From an uncultured bacterium (GTDB lineage Bacteria; Spirochaetota; B62-G9; DRHN01), in NCBI GenBank assembly GCA_965603595.1, contig CBFDDP010000003.1:1309-65308 (forward strand): a stretch of DNA of 64,000 nt, in the 5' to 3' direction. Below, piece by piece: positions 50,043 through 59,647 of this stretch. A program made the translations under genes and the position numbers. A model generated the notes under the pieces. That model saw only the letters and a list, made by a program, of their open reading frames with translations. It did no database searches and had not been told where the DNA came from. Every line of letters begins with the position of its first letter. The first letter of the stretch is position 1.

Positions 50043-50116
50043 AGGCATTTCGATTTCTCAATGGAAGAGCACTGATGTACATAGCTCCCTGATTTTAAAA
50101 CATAAGGAGGTCAGCA

Positions 50117-50884
50117 ATGAAAAAGCTGGAGGGGAAAACAGCAATTGTAACAGGTTCAAGCTATGGTATTGGGCGAGGGATTGCAATCCGACTCGGAAGA
50201 GATGGTGCCAATGTTGTGGTTAACTTCTCAAAATCTGAACAAAAAGCTCTGGACGTTGTCGCTGAAATCGAAAAGGAAGGGTCACAGGCCATTGCTGTAA
50301 GAGCAGATGTCTCCAGGTCAGACGAGGTGAGAACCTTGATTGAAACATGTGTGAAGTCGTATGGCGGCATAGATGTTCTTGTGAACAATGCGGGTACGAA
50401 TGGAAAGATTGCCCCAATCACGGAAATTACAGAGGCGGATTGGGATCATGTTTTTGATATCAATATGAAAGGGCATTTTTTATGCGTCATGCACGCGCTT
50501 CCTCATATGTTAAAAAATAAGAGTAGTAGAATTATCAATATGGGGTCAATAGATTCCTTTGTCGGTGATCCCAATTTCTCTCCATATGTATCTACTAAAC
50601 ATGGAATTGCAGGCCTCACGCGATCGCTTGCCCTTGAGCTGGGACCAAAGGGTATCACCGTAAATGCCATATGTCCGGGATTTGTCGATACACCAAGTGC
50701 CGATATCATTGAAAAACTCTACCCAGGCGTCAAAGAAGAGGTAGCCAACAAGGTCCCCACTGGGCGGCTTCTGAGACCTGAAGACGTTGCCGCCGTTGCC
50801 TCCTTCCTGGCTTCAGACGAGGCGGAGATGGTGAACGGCTCGTGCATAGTTGTTGATGGGGGGATGATGATCAATGTGAATTAA
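50117..50884 (+). CDS. SDR-family oxidoreductase (paralog of 5948-6709)
   Basis: TGSSYGIGRGIAI, identical glycine motif. Confidence 0.85.
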   Translation: MKKLEGKTAIVTGSSYGIGRGIAIRLGRDGANVVVNFSKSEQKALDVVAEIEKEGSQAIAVRADVSRSDEVRTLIETCVKSYGGIDVLVNNAGTNGKIAPITEITEADWDHVFDINMKGHFLCVMHALPHMLKNKSSRIINMGSIDSFVGDPNFSPYVSTKHGIAGLTRSLALELGPKGITVNAICPGFVDTPSADIIEKLYPGVKEEVANKVPTGRLLRPEDVAAVASFLASDEAEMVNGSCIVVDGGMMINVN

Positions 50885-50917
50885 TGTGTCTTGATGAGAA
50901 AAATGAGGGGGTAAATT

Positions 50918-52108
50918 ATGCAGGACAAAATGAGTTCAATGGAAAAATTCAATGAAACGGGAGATACGCTTGAAATATGGTGGGATTCATCTCCTCTGGT
51001 ATTTGATTCATGGAAGAAGGCTCGCATAAAGGCAAGGCCATTAAACGAAAGGGAGGCAGAGGAGGAGGTACTTGACAGGTATTATATATCTGATCGCCCA
51101 ATGGAGCAGCTTTTTCGGGGAGTTACCACGAATCCACCGTTATCAGGGGCTGTGATAAAGGATGACCCGGGGTTTTGGCGGGAGTGGGTTAGCGAGCAGA
51201 GGAGGAGAAATTCGAAAGCGAGTGTCAAAACGCTCTGGTGGATGATGTATAAGGAGATTGTGAAGCGAGGGGCAGAGAAATATCTTGGAGTATTCAGGCA
51301 ATCAGGATTCAAGTATGGATATTTGTCAGGTCAGGTAGATCCAAGGGAATATGAAAATGAAGAGACGATGAAGAGACAGGCTCTAGAACTTGCTGGCATG
51401 AACTCGAATATAATGATAAAGATACCAGGAACCGAACAGGGTGTGAGGGTATTGAGATATCTGACATCGAAGGGTATAGCAACAAACTGTACCCTTGCAT
51501 TTGTGTTACCGCAGTTTGTGGCAGTGGCCAAGGCCGTTAAAGAGGGGCTCGAAAAGGCAAAGAGCCATGGAGTGGACCTCAACCGCTGGAGAAGTGTGAT
51601 TACATCAATGACGGGGAGATATGAAGAGCTCGGTGATTTTGACAGGGAGGCTGAAAAGCTGGGGATGGAAATTACCGAGGCGGACAAGAGATGGGCAGGC
51701 ATCGCAATATTTAAAAAGGCGGTTAAGTATTTATCTGAAGGTGATTACCCGAGCAAAATGTTGATCTGTTCAATGAGACCCGGACCCGTGGTGGACGGAA
51801 AGAAGGAGCTCTGGCACTTTGAGAAGCTCGCGGGCGTGCATGCAGTGTTCACCTGCCCACCGAAATATATCAACCTCGTAGATGACGAGTACAGGGAGCT
51901 GGAGTATGATCCGGATGCATGGAAAGAGCCGGTTCCGGATGAGATTCTGGACAGGCTGAACAAGTTTCAGTACTTCAGGGAAGCGTATGATGCGGAGGGC
52001 ATGGAGCCCCCACAGTTCAACTCCCATCCTGCAACCATTGCAACGGCAAAATCATTCAGCAAGGCAACCGATGAGATGGAGAACTTTGTGAGGGAAGCTG
52101 TGCTGTGA
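50918..52108 (+). CDS. Transaldolase-family protein
   Basis: GVTTNPPL (TNP motif) and IMIKIPGTEQGVRVLRYLTSKGIATNCTLAF (K-containing block). Confidence 0.65.
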   Translation: MQDKMSSMEKFNETGDTLEIWWDSSPLVFDSWKKARIKARPLNEREAEEEVLDRYYISDRPMEQLFRGVTTNPPLSGAVIKDDPGFWREWVSEQRRRNSKASVKTLWWMMYKEIVKRGAEKYLGVFRQSGFKYGYLSGQVDPREYENEETMKRQALELAGMNSNIMIKIPGTEQGVRVLRYLTSKGIATNCTLAFVLPQFVAVAKAVKEGLEKAKSHGVDLNRWRSVITSMTGRYEELGDFDREAEKLGMEITEADKRWAGIAIFKKAVKYLSEGDYPSKMLICSMRPGPVVDGKKELWHFEKLAGVHAVFTCPPKYINLVDDEYRELEYDPDAWKEPVPDEILDRLNKFQYFREAYDAEGMEPPQFNSHPATIATAKSFSKATDEMENFVREAVL

Positions 52109-52146
52109 AGAAAGAGATAGGATATACAGGGTATCCATGGGTAAAC

Positions 52147-52911
52147 TCAATCCATGTAGTAACCGCCGTTTATATTGATCGTCTCACCATTGATGAACGA
52201 CGACTCGTCAGAGGCCAGGAACATCAGGAGGTATGACATGTCCTGCACGGTTCCAAGCCTTCGAACCGGTATCTTCTCCGCAACGCTTCGCTTTTTCTCA
52301 TCGTCCCAGTAGTGCATGAGGCTGGTCATCACTGCGTGGGGTGCGATGGCATTGGCGGTTATACCAAAGGGACCAAGAGCACGTGCAGTAGATCGTGTGA
52401 GAGAGATCACGGCACCCTTTGATGCTCCGTAGGCGAAGGTTGTTTTATTATCTCCCGCCTTACCGGTGATGGATGACACGTTCACGATTCTACCATACTT
52501 CTGTTTCTTCATAATCGGCGTCACGGCTCTGATGGCGTAGAGCACCCCCTTCACATTGATATTCAGGGTTCTGTCGATGAGTTCATCCGTCGTACCCTCA
52601 ATAGTACCAGGGGTGAGCAGTCCCGCATTATTGATGAGGATGTCAATCCTGCCAAAGGCGTCGACGGTTTTCTGCACCATATCATCGATCTGTTTTCTGT
52701 CCGTAACGTCACAGATGAGAGCCAGACACTCTCCACCGAGTTCTTCGATCTCCTTCCGTGTCTCTTCAAGGAGATCGGAAAGTATGTCACATATAACAAC
52801 CCGCGCTTCTTCGGAGGTCAAATCAAGCGCCACCTGCTTGCCCATGCCCTGCGCCGCACCCGTTACAATAGCGACTTTACCGACAAACCTTTCCGTAAAT
52901 CGCGCTGTCAT
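52147..52911 (-). CDS. SDR-family oxidoreductase
   Basis: VTGAAQGMGKQVA; 254 aa. Confidence 0.85.
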   Translation of the reverse strand: MTARFTERFVGKVAIVTGAAQGMGKQVALDLTSEEARVVICDILSDLLEETRKEIEELGGECLALICDVTDRKQIDDMVQKTVDAFGRIDILINNAGLLTPGTIEGTTDELIDRTLNINVKGVLYAIRAVTPIMKKQKYGRIVNVSSITGKAGDNKTTFAYGASKGAVISLTRSTARALGPFGITANAIAPHAVMTSLMHYWDDEKKRSVAEKIPVRRLGTVQDMSYLLMFLASDESSFINGETININGGYYMD

Positions 52912-53071
52912 TTTATAAGAGGCCCCCTTTCAGTATATGTACATCATGCACAGAATATAGAAAAGTCTCAGTGCAAGGTATAGTGCAAATGGGAATGAAT
53001 TCCCTTGACTAAAAATGAACAATTTTGCATAATATGAAAAAATGTAATTCGAACCCATGAGTGGAGGGGCC

Positions 53072-54238
53072 ATGAGAAATTTTGAATTTCACAATCCAAC
53101 CAGGATCATTTTCGGTGAAAACAGGGTCAAGGAAATCGGTAAAGAGGCAAAGCAGTACGGCAAGAAATGCCTGATGGTCTACGGCAAGTCGAGCATCAAG
53201 AAGAACGACGTGTACGATACCGTCGTGAAATCGCTCAATGATGCGGGCATTACCTTTGTCGAGTATTCGGGTGTGAAGTCCAACCCGATACTGTCCCATG
53301 TACAGGGTGGCGTCGATCTTGCGAAAAAGGAAAAGGTCGATTTCATACTCGCTGTCGGTGGCGGGAGTGTGGTCGACGAGTCGAAGGCGATCGCTGCCGG
53401 GGCCATGATGGAGGGGAGTATCTGGGGCTTCCTGCTCGGCGACACCGAGGTAGGAGAGGCGCTTCCGTTACTGGATATTCTCACCATTCCAGCCACGGGC
53501 ACGGAAATGAATCCCACCTTTGTGGTAACCAATGATCAGACCACTGAAAAGGTCGGCCGCGGAAGCGATCCGCTCTTTCCAAAAGTGTCTGTACTCGATC
53601 CCACAGTGACTGTTACCATCCCGGCCGATTACACAGCATACTCCGCAGTTGATGCCATATCCCACCTCATCGAGGGCTACTTCACCGGTGAAGACAGCTG
53701 GACCCCCATTCAGGACGGTTATGTGGAAAACCTGGTCAAGACTATCATTGAGTGTACAGAGCGTATTCTTAAAGACCCCAGGGATTATCAGGGCCGTGCA
53801 ACCTTTATGTGGGCAGCGACCCTTGCATGGAACGGCCTGGGCCCTTCGGGCATCGGCGGCTGGGGCGTGCCCATGCACCTGATCGAGCACCCGCTGAGCG
53901 GTATTTACGATATTGCCCACGGTGCCGGCCTCTCCATCACCATACCGGCATGGCTGACATGGAAGGCTGAAAAGGACAGCTCGAAGATTGCCCAGTTCGG
54001 CCGCAACGTGTTTGGCATAGAGGAAAAGGATCAGGGCGCTGCGGCCAAAAAGGGCATAGAGGCTCTGAAAAGCTGGTTCGACAAGATCGGAAGCCCCGTC
54101 TCCTTCGCAAAGGCCGGCATCCCTGAATCTGACATTGACAGGATAACTGACATAGCGTGCAAACTTGCCGAGACCTGGGGGATGCAAAAGGAATACACGC
54201 GGGATGTCATCATTGAGCTCTACAGACTGTGTGTGTGA
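53072..54238 (+). CDS. Iron-containing alcohol dehydrogenase
   Basis: MRNFEFHNPTRIIFG...VGGGSVVDESKAIA. SD GAGTGGAGGGG lies before the ATG at 53072. Confidence 0.85.
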   Translation: MRNFEFHNPTRIIFGENRVKEIGKEAKQYGKKCLMVYGKSSIKKNDVYDTVVKSLNDAGITFVEYSGVKSNPILSHVQGGVDLAKKEKVDFILAVGGGSVVDESKAIAAGAMMEGSIWGFLLGDTEVGEALPLLDILTIPATGTEMNPTFVVTNDQTTEKVGRGSDPLFPKVSVLDPTVTVTIPADYTAYSAVDAISHLIEGYFTGEDSWTPIQDGYVENLVKTIIECTERILKDPRDYQGRATFMWAATLAWNGLGPSGIGGWGVPMHLIEHPLSGIYDIAHGAGLSITIPAWLTWKAEKDSSKIAQFGRNVFGIEEKDQGAAAKKGIEALKSWFDKIGSPVSFAKAGIPESDIDRITDIACKLAETWGMQKEYTRDVIIELYRLCV

Positions 54239-54345
54239 AGCCCCGGATACCTGCTCGAAGGATGGTTGACATTTTTAATGAATTCCTTAGGGTACGCCCG
54301 AGAAGTACATTGATGCACACGCTGTTCTGAAAGGAGTTGCATGTA

Positions 54346-57207
54346 ATGAGTGCACATAATCTGAAAATACTCCGTGTAAACATGCAGTCCCTCACAGCGG
54401 AGTATGAACCGCTTCCCGAGGAGTGGCTGCTCATCGGTGGCAGGGGCCTTGTGGCCCGTATCATGAACCGTGAAGTCCCCCCCGATGCAGACCCCTTTGG
54501 TGCACAGAACAGACTTATCTTTGCCTGTGGTCCCCTGGCGGGTACCAATGCCCCTCAGCTCGGAAGAATATCGGTGGGAGCAAAGAGCCCGCTGACACTG
54601 GGCATCAAGGAGGCGAATGCAGGAGGTCCGGCAGCACAGAAGCTCGACCGTCTCGGTATTCGGGCAATCATCGTTGAAGACATCCCTGAAAATGGAAAGC
54701 TCTACTGCCTGAAGGTCTCAAAGGGGGAGGCAGAACTCATAGCCGCTGATGAGTACAGGGAGATGAAGGTCTATGATCTGGTCCAACGGGTCTACGAGAA
54801 TGTGGACGGCAATCCCGCAATCATGGGTATCGGTGTGGCCGGGGAGAGGAAGTACAGGGGTGCATCCGTTTTTCTCACCGACATGTACGGCGACCCCTCC
54901 CGCAATGCAGGGCGGGGCGGACTCGGTGCTGTTATGGGCTCAAAGGGCCTCAAGGCTGTTCTCATCGACGATACAGGTTGCGCATTCCCGCCCCTGGCAG
55001 ATAAGGAGCTGTACAGGAACACGGTCCGCGACTGGGTCACTATGATCAAGAAGGATGTGGTGTGCGGGCTCTTTGCCACAGAAGGCACACCCTTCACCAT
55101 CGCCTCAAACAGCTATCAGGGTACCATGCCGGGAGACAATTACCGGACCGGGAGACCCCGGGACTTCGAAAAGGTTACAGGTGAGGTCACGCGGCGGAAG
55201 GTGTGGGAGCGGCATGGCAAGATGCATGCCTGTATGCCCGGCTGCGTTGTACAGTGCTCCATCATCTACTTTGATGAGCAGGGCCACAAGACCTCTGCCT
55301 ACGAGTATGAGGCGGTGAGTATGATCGGCACCAACCTGGGTATCGCCGACACCGACCGGGTGGCGCAGTTCAAACACATATGTGATGATCTGGGGGTCGA
55401 TTTTATAGAGATCGGTTCAGCCATCGGCGTTTCGGGTGAAGCGGGAAAGATGAAACCGGGAGACCCTGACACGGTCTTCGCACTGCTCGAGGAGATGGAG
55501 CGGGGGACAGAACTTGGACGCACTATAGGAAATGGAGTGGTGTCGGCCGCCAAAGCCTTCGGGGTGTCGCGGATCCCGGCTTTCAAGGGCCAGGCCCTGC
55601 CCGCACATGATCCCCGTGCAGTTAAGGCCATGGGTGTCACCTATGCAACCAGCCCCCAGGGTGCGGACCACACGGCCGGGCTAACCTACAGGCAGCCCCT
55701 TGAAAAGAAAGGGCAGGTGGTAAACTCTCTGCGATTTCAGCTCCGGGCTGCTGCCTGCGATACCTTCGGCTATTGCCTAAACTCGGTACCCGGAGGGCAG
55801 GCGTCGATTTACAGATTCGTGTCCGACCTCCTGAGAGCACGGTTCGGTGCGGACACTACGCCCGATGACATACTCGAGGTGGCAAAGCAGAACCTGCGCG
55901 ACGAGCTTAACTTCAACGAAAAGGCCGAGTTCAGCAGTGCTCACGATTCCTTTCCTGAATTTCTTAAAAACGAGCCTCTGCCGCCGACCGGGCATGTATT
56001 CGATGTCGAACAGTCGGAGATCGAAAAGATATGGGACCTCATGGAGGTGTACAGGGAGCCCGAGAAGATATGGGAGGTGCGTTTTCCCAAGGAGCCGCAA
56101 TTTCTCTTCGGTGTCGGGGTGTACAAAAAGATCGGCGCGCAGGCTGCGCGACGTGGCATGACAAAGGCGCAGATCATTGCAGATCCCGTTATGGAGAAAT
56201 TGGGAAAAACTGCTGAGATACGGGACATGCTCGAGGAAAGCGGTGTTGCCTCCGTCCTGTACACCCGGGTTGAGCCGGATCCGCCCGTGGATTCAATCGA
56301 GCGGGCAGCCAAATTCTACCAGGATAATGGATGCGACGGGCTCATCGCCATCGGCGGGGGAAGCTCCATTGACACGACAAAGGCCACTGCCGTCAGGGTG
56401 TCGCAAAGGGGACTTCTCAGGGAATTCGAGAATATGGTGGGCGGCAAGGCAAAGATCAAGCCGCCGCTTCCGCCGATCATAGCTGTTCCCACCACGTCGG
56501 GCACGGGTTCCGAGACAAACCAGTATGCAATCATCACCGACCCGGACCGGAACGTGAAGTTCACCATTATGAGTGATTACATGGTGCCGCGGCTTGCAGT
56601 GATCGACCCACTCATGTGCCGTACCATGCCTCCCTCAATCACCGCTGAGACTGGTATCGATGCACTCTCGCACTGTGTCGAGGGTTATGTGGGTATGAAC
56701 GAGGAGTACCACCCCTACTATGAGGCCCTCGCCCTCTACAGCGTGAAGCTCATAGGCAAAAGCCTGCGGCGGGCTTACAACGACGGTGACGACATTGAGG
56801 CTAGAAGGGACATGTGCATGGCCGCCGCGTTCGGCGGTATCGCCTTTACCAAGGGCCTTGCACTGGGACACGCTATTTCCCATGTCCTTGGCGCATTTTA
56901 CCATATCTCCCATGGAACCGGATGCGCCCTTGGCCTGCTCTGCCACGTGCGCTCGAACAGGGAGGTCTGCAGAGAGCAGTTCGAGGACCTTGCATGGGCT
57001 CTGGACCGCTCGAAGGATCTGGAGGATGCACTGCTCAGGCTCTACAGTGATCTGAAGATACCGGTTCGGATGAGGGAGGCTGGCATCAGGGAGAAAGATC
57101 TGGAACGGATCGGCTTCGAAGTATCCACGAACACGGTGAACCTGGCTGCAAATCCAAAAGCTCTCACAGAGCACAGGATACTGGAGCTTTTACGGGAATT
57201 TTATTAG
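54346..57207 (+). CDS. Fusion protein: aldehyde:ferredoxin oxidoreductase (tungsten AOR family) N-terminal part plus iron-containing alcohol dehydrogenase C-terminal part
   Basis: Residues 1 to ~580 match AOR: KILRVNM, ACGPLAGTNAP, GGLGAVMGSKGLKAV and a Cys cluster ACMPGCVVQC. Residues ~590-953 match Fe-ADH: GGGSSIDTTKATAV and HAISHVLG...HGTGCA. It is a single uninterrupted ORF. Confidence 0.75.
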   Translation: MSAHNLKILRVNMQSLTAEYEPLPEEWLLIGGRGLVARIMNREVPPDADPFGAQNRLIFACGPLAGTNAPQLGRISVGAKSPLTLGIKEANAGGPAAQKLDRLGIRAIIVEDIPENGKLYCLKVSKGEAELIAADEYREMKVYDLVQRVYENVDGNPAIMGIGVAGERKYRGASVFLTDMYGDPSRNAGRGGLGAVMGSKGLKAVLIDDTGCAFPPLADKELYRNTVRDWVTMIKKDVVCGLFATEGTPFTIASNSYQGTMPGDNYRTGRPRDFEKVTGEVTRRKVWERHGKMHACMPGCVVQCSIIYFDEQGHKTSAYEYEAVSMIGTNLGIADTDRVAQFKHICDDLGVDFIEIGSAIGVSGEAGKMKPGDPDTVFALLEEMERGTELGRTIGNGVVSAAKAFGVSRIPAFKGQALPAHDPRAVKAMGVTYATSPQGADHTAGLTYRQPLEKKGQVVNSLRFQLRAAACDTFGYCLNSVPGGQASIYRFVSDLLRARFGADTTPDDILEVAKQNLRDELNFNEKAEFSSAHDSFPEFLKNEPLPPTGHVFDVEQSEIEKIWDLMEVYREPEKIWEVRFPKEPQFLFGVGVYKKIGAQAARRGMTKAQIIADPVMEKLGKTAEIRDMLEESGVASVLYTRVEPDPPVDSIERAAKFYQDNGCDGLIAIGGGSSIDTTKATAVRVSQRGLLREFENMVGGKAKIKPPLPPIIAVPTTSGTGSETNQYAIITDPDRNVKFTIMSDYMVPRLAVIDPLMCRTMPPSITAETGIDALSHCVEGYVGMNEEYHPYYEALALYSVKLIGKSLRRAYNDGDDIEARRDMCMAAAFGGIAFTKGLALGHAISHVLGAFYHISHGTGCALGLLCHVRSNREVCREQFEDLAWALDRSKDLEDALLRLYSDLKIPVRMREAGIREKDLERIGFEVSTNTVNLAANPKALTEHRILELLREFY

Positions 57208-57262
57208 TAGAGCTGGACAATAGGTAGAATCCAATGTTTATGATTAGGAAAGGAAGGAAGAT

Positions 57263-59548
57263 ATGAAAGAGATCGATGTCATGCCCTGTCATGATGAGCG
57301 GGCGACTTTGAAACTGCCGGAGATCGCACTGTATCGATACAATCCCGATCTGAAGGACGAGCTGGACAAGGGCATTATCACCAAAGACGAAGCCCTGAGG
57401 CTGTACAAGGCCATGATCATTCAGCGTGCCTTCGAGTACACCATCAGGGATCTTGACAGCAAGCGTTTCGTACCCTATGAGGGTTTCGAGTTTCGGGGTT
57501 CCACACACCTCAGTGTGGGGCAGGAGGCATCGCAGAGCGGTGCCGTCAGTGCGCTAACCAAGGACGACTACATCGCCGTGCATCACAGGGCACACGGGCA
57601 CTGTCTCGCCAAGGGGCTCTTCGCCTATTACGCGATGAGTGAAAAAGAGTTGAAGCAGGTGCTCAGCACGGCTGAGGAGAACGAGTTCGACGCTGGCGGA
57701 TACAAGGACCTCCTCGAAGCGGTTGTCGATTATCACCTCTACCGCATGATTGCAGAAGCACTGGGCATGCAGGCAGGCTACTGCCACGGCCGCGGCGGTG
57801 CAATGCATATAGCCGATTTTTCGGTGGGTCACCTGGGCGCCAATGCAATTGTCGGCGGTGGTTCGCCTATCGGCACCGGTGCAGCACTGGCCGCCTCTCT
57901 GCTCGAGGAGCAGAGGGTAGTGATCAACGCCTTCGGCGATGGCGCCATGAACAACGGAGTGGTCCACGAGTCCATGAACTTTGCCACCATGGCGCAGTTT
58001 GAGAAGGGTTTACCCGTAATCTTTTACGTTGAAAACAACCAGTACGGCATGACCGGACAGCAGAAGGGTGAGGTGACGAATATCGAGTATTTGTCCCAGC
58101 GCGGTGCTGCCTACAACGACGTGGCCATGCATGCTGAGACCATCTGCGGTATGAATATACTCACCGTTCGTGACGCTGTCAGGCGCGCCAAGGAGCTCTG
58201 CCTCAATGGAGAGGGACCGGTGCTCATCGAAGCGAACACCTACCGGTACTGGGGCCACAATTTCAAGGACAAGGGAACATCCTATCGGACGAACAAGGAA
58301 ACCGAGGCCTGGCAGACCCACGACCCGGTGGATTGGTACAAGAGAGAGCTCGAGGCAAATGACATCATCACCGTGGCTGAAGCTGACCAGATGTTCAACG
58401 AGATGCGCGAGAAGCTCAAGGAACTCACCATGATGGCTACGAAGAGCAGGTTTCCCGAGATCAAGGACATGGGGTGGGGCCTGTATGCCGATACAACTTC
58501 AGACAATGTCGGAGACGAGTACAGGACAAAAACCATACTCAAACCCTTCCGGAGAATCAAGAGGGACAGCGAGGGGATGCTGCTCGGCAGACATGCGGTA
58601 CTCGAGGCGCTCAACGAGGAGATGATGCGGGACTACAGAGTGGTAGTCTGGGGCGAGGATGTTGCCGCCTACGGCGGGGCCTATAACGCAACATTGGGAC
58701 TGTACGACACCTTCGGTCCAAAGCGCATCTTCAATGCCCCCATATCCGAAGCGGCTATCATTGGAACAGGGGTTGGCGCGGCCATGGCGGGGTTGCGGCC
58801 GGTTGTGGAGCTCATGTACATCGACTTCATCCTCATGGCCATGGATCAGGTGGGAAATCAGGCGGCCAAGACCAGGTACATGTTCGGTGGGCAGTCGGAT
58901 ATACCTTTCACCATCCGTACCACCATCGGTGGCGGCAAGGGATACGCGGGGCAGCATGCACAGAGCCTCGAGTCCATTGTCACGCAATTCCCCGGACTCA
59001 AGGTTGCCATTCCCTCCAATCCCTATGACCTGAAGGGTCTTCTGAAAACAGCGATCAGAGACGACAATCCGGTGTGCGTCATCGAGCATCAATGGGTGTA
59101 CCTGGAGAAAAATGTTGTTCCCGAAGAGGAATACACCATTCCCTTCGGACAGGCGAATGTGGTCAGGGAAGGCAAGGATATCACGGTGGTTGCCTACTCG
59201 CAGATGGTGAACATCACCAAGGAAGCTGCAGAGCTGCTCACACAGGAGGGTATCGATGTGGAGATTGTTGACCCGAGGACACTCGTACCGCTCGATGTGG
59301 AAACCATCACGAAGTCGGTGAAGAAGACTGGCCGGGGGGTGATCGTTACACAGGCGCCCTACACGGGAGGGTTCGCGAGCCATATCTCCCATGAGATTAC
59401 CAGGAACTGCTTCAGCGATATGAAATGCCCGGTGAGAATCGTGTCAGGGTACGATGTACCGCCGCCCATGTCCCATCCGCTCGAGGTGGAGAACATGCCC
59501 AACGCCGAGCGCATTGCTCGGGGTATCAAAGAGGCACTTGCGGAATAA
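57263..59548 (+). CDS. Fused E1 alpha-beta thiamine-diphosphate 2-oxoacid/acetoin-dehydrogenase-like component
   Basis: 761 aa. The alpha part reads GRGGAMH...FGDGAMNNG...FYVENNQYGM. The beta part reads RDYRVVVWGEDV...GGGKGYAGQHAQS. There is no stop between them. Confidence 0.8.
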   Translation: MKEIDVMPCHDERATLKLPEIALYRYNPDLKDELDKGIITKDEALRLYKAMIIQRAFEYTIRDLDSKRFVPYEGFEFRGSTHLSVGQEASQSGAVSALTKDDYIAVHHRAHGHCLAKGLFAYYAMSEKELKQVLSTAEENEFDAGGYKDLLEAVVDYHLYRMIAEALGMQAGYCHGRGGAMHIADFSVGHLGANAIVGGGSPIGTGAALAASLLEEQRVVINAFGDGAMNNGVVHESMNFATMAQFEKGLPVIFYVENNQYGMTGQQKGEVTNIEYLSQRGAAYNDVAMHAETICGMNILTVRDAVRRAKELCLNGEGPVLIEANTYRYWGHNFKDKGTSYRTNKETEAWQTHDPVDWYKRELEANDIITVAEADQMFNEMREKLKELTMMATKSRFPEIKDMGWGLYADTTSDNVGDEYRTKTILKPFRRIKRDSEGMLLGRHAVLEALNEEMMRDYRVVVWGEDVAAYGGAYNATLGLYDTFGPKRIFNAPISEAAIIGTGVGAAMAGLRPVVELMYIDFILMAMDQVGNQAAKTRYMFGGQSDIPFTIRTTIGGGKGYAGQHAQSLESIVTQFPGLKVAIPSNPYDLKGLLKTAIRDDNPVCVIEHQWVYLEKNVVPEEEYTIPFGQANVVREGKDITVVAYSQMVNITKEAAELLTQEGIDVEIVDPRTLVPLDVETITKSVKKTGRGVIVTQAPYTGGFASHISHEITRNCFSDMKCPVRIVSGYDVPPPMSHPLEVENMPNAERIARGIKEALAE

Positions 59549-59647
59549 CCCAATGCAGAAGCTGTGCATACCGGGAAAAGTGTCCACAGCTTCAAGTGTA
59601 CTTCTGTCTCTATTTCCTGATCTTTGGAAGAGGAGGAGCAGACTGCA

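Noticed and set aside
53468-54187. 239-aa minus-strand ORF
   Set aside because: Antisense to the Fe-ADH gene at 53072-54238. The GC-rich coding strand gives long spurious open frames.
58499-59392. 297-aa minus-strand ORF
   Set aside because: Embedded antisense within the fused E1 alpha-beta gene, whose plus-strand translation carries clear thiamine-diphosphate and transketolase motifs.
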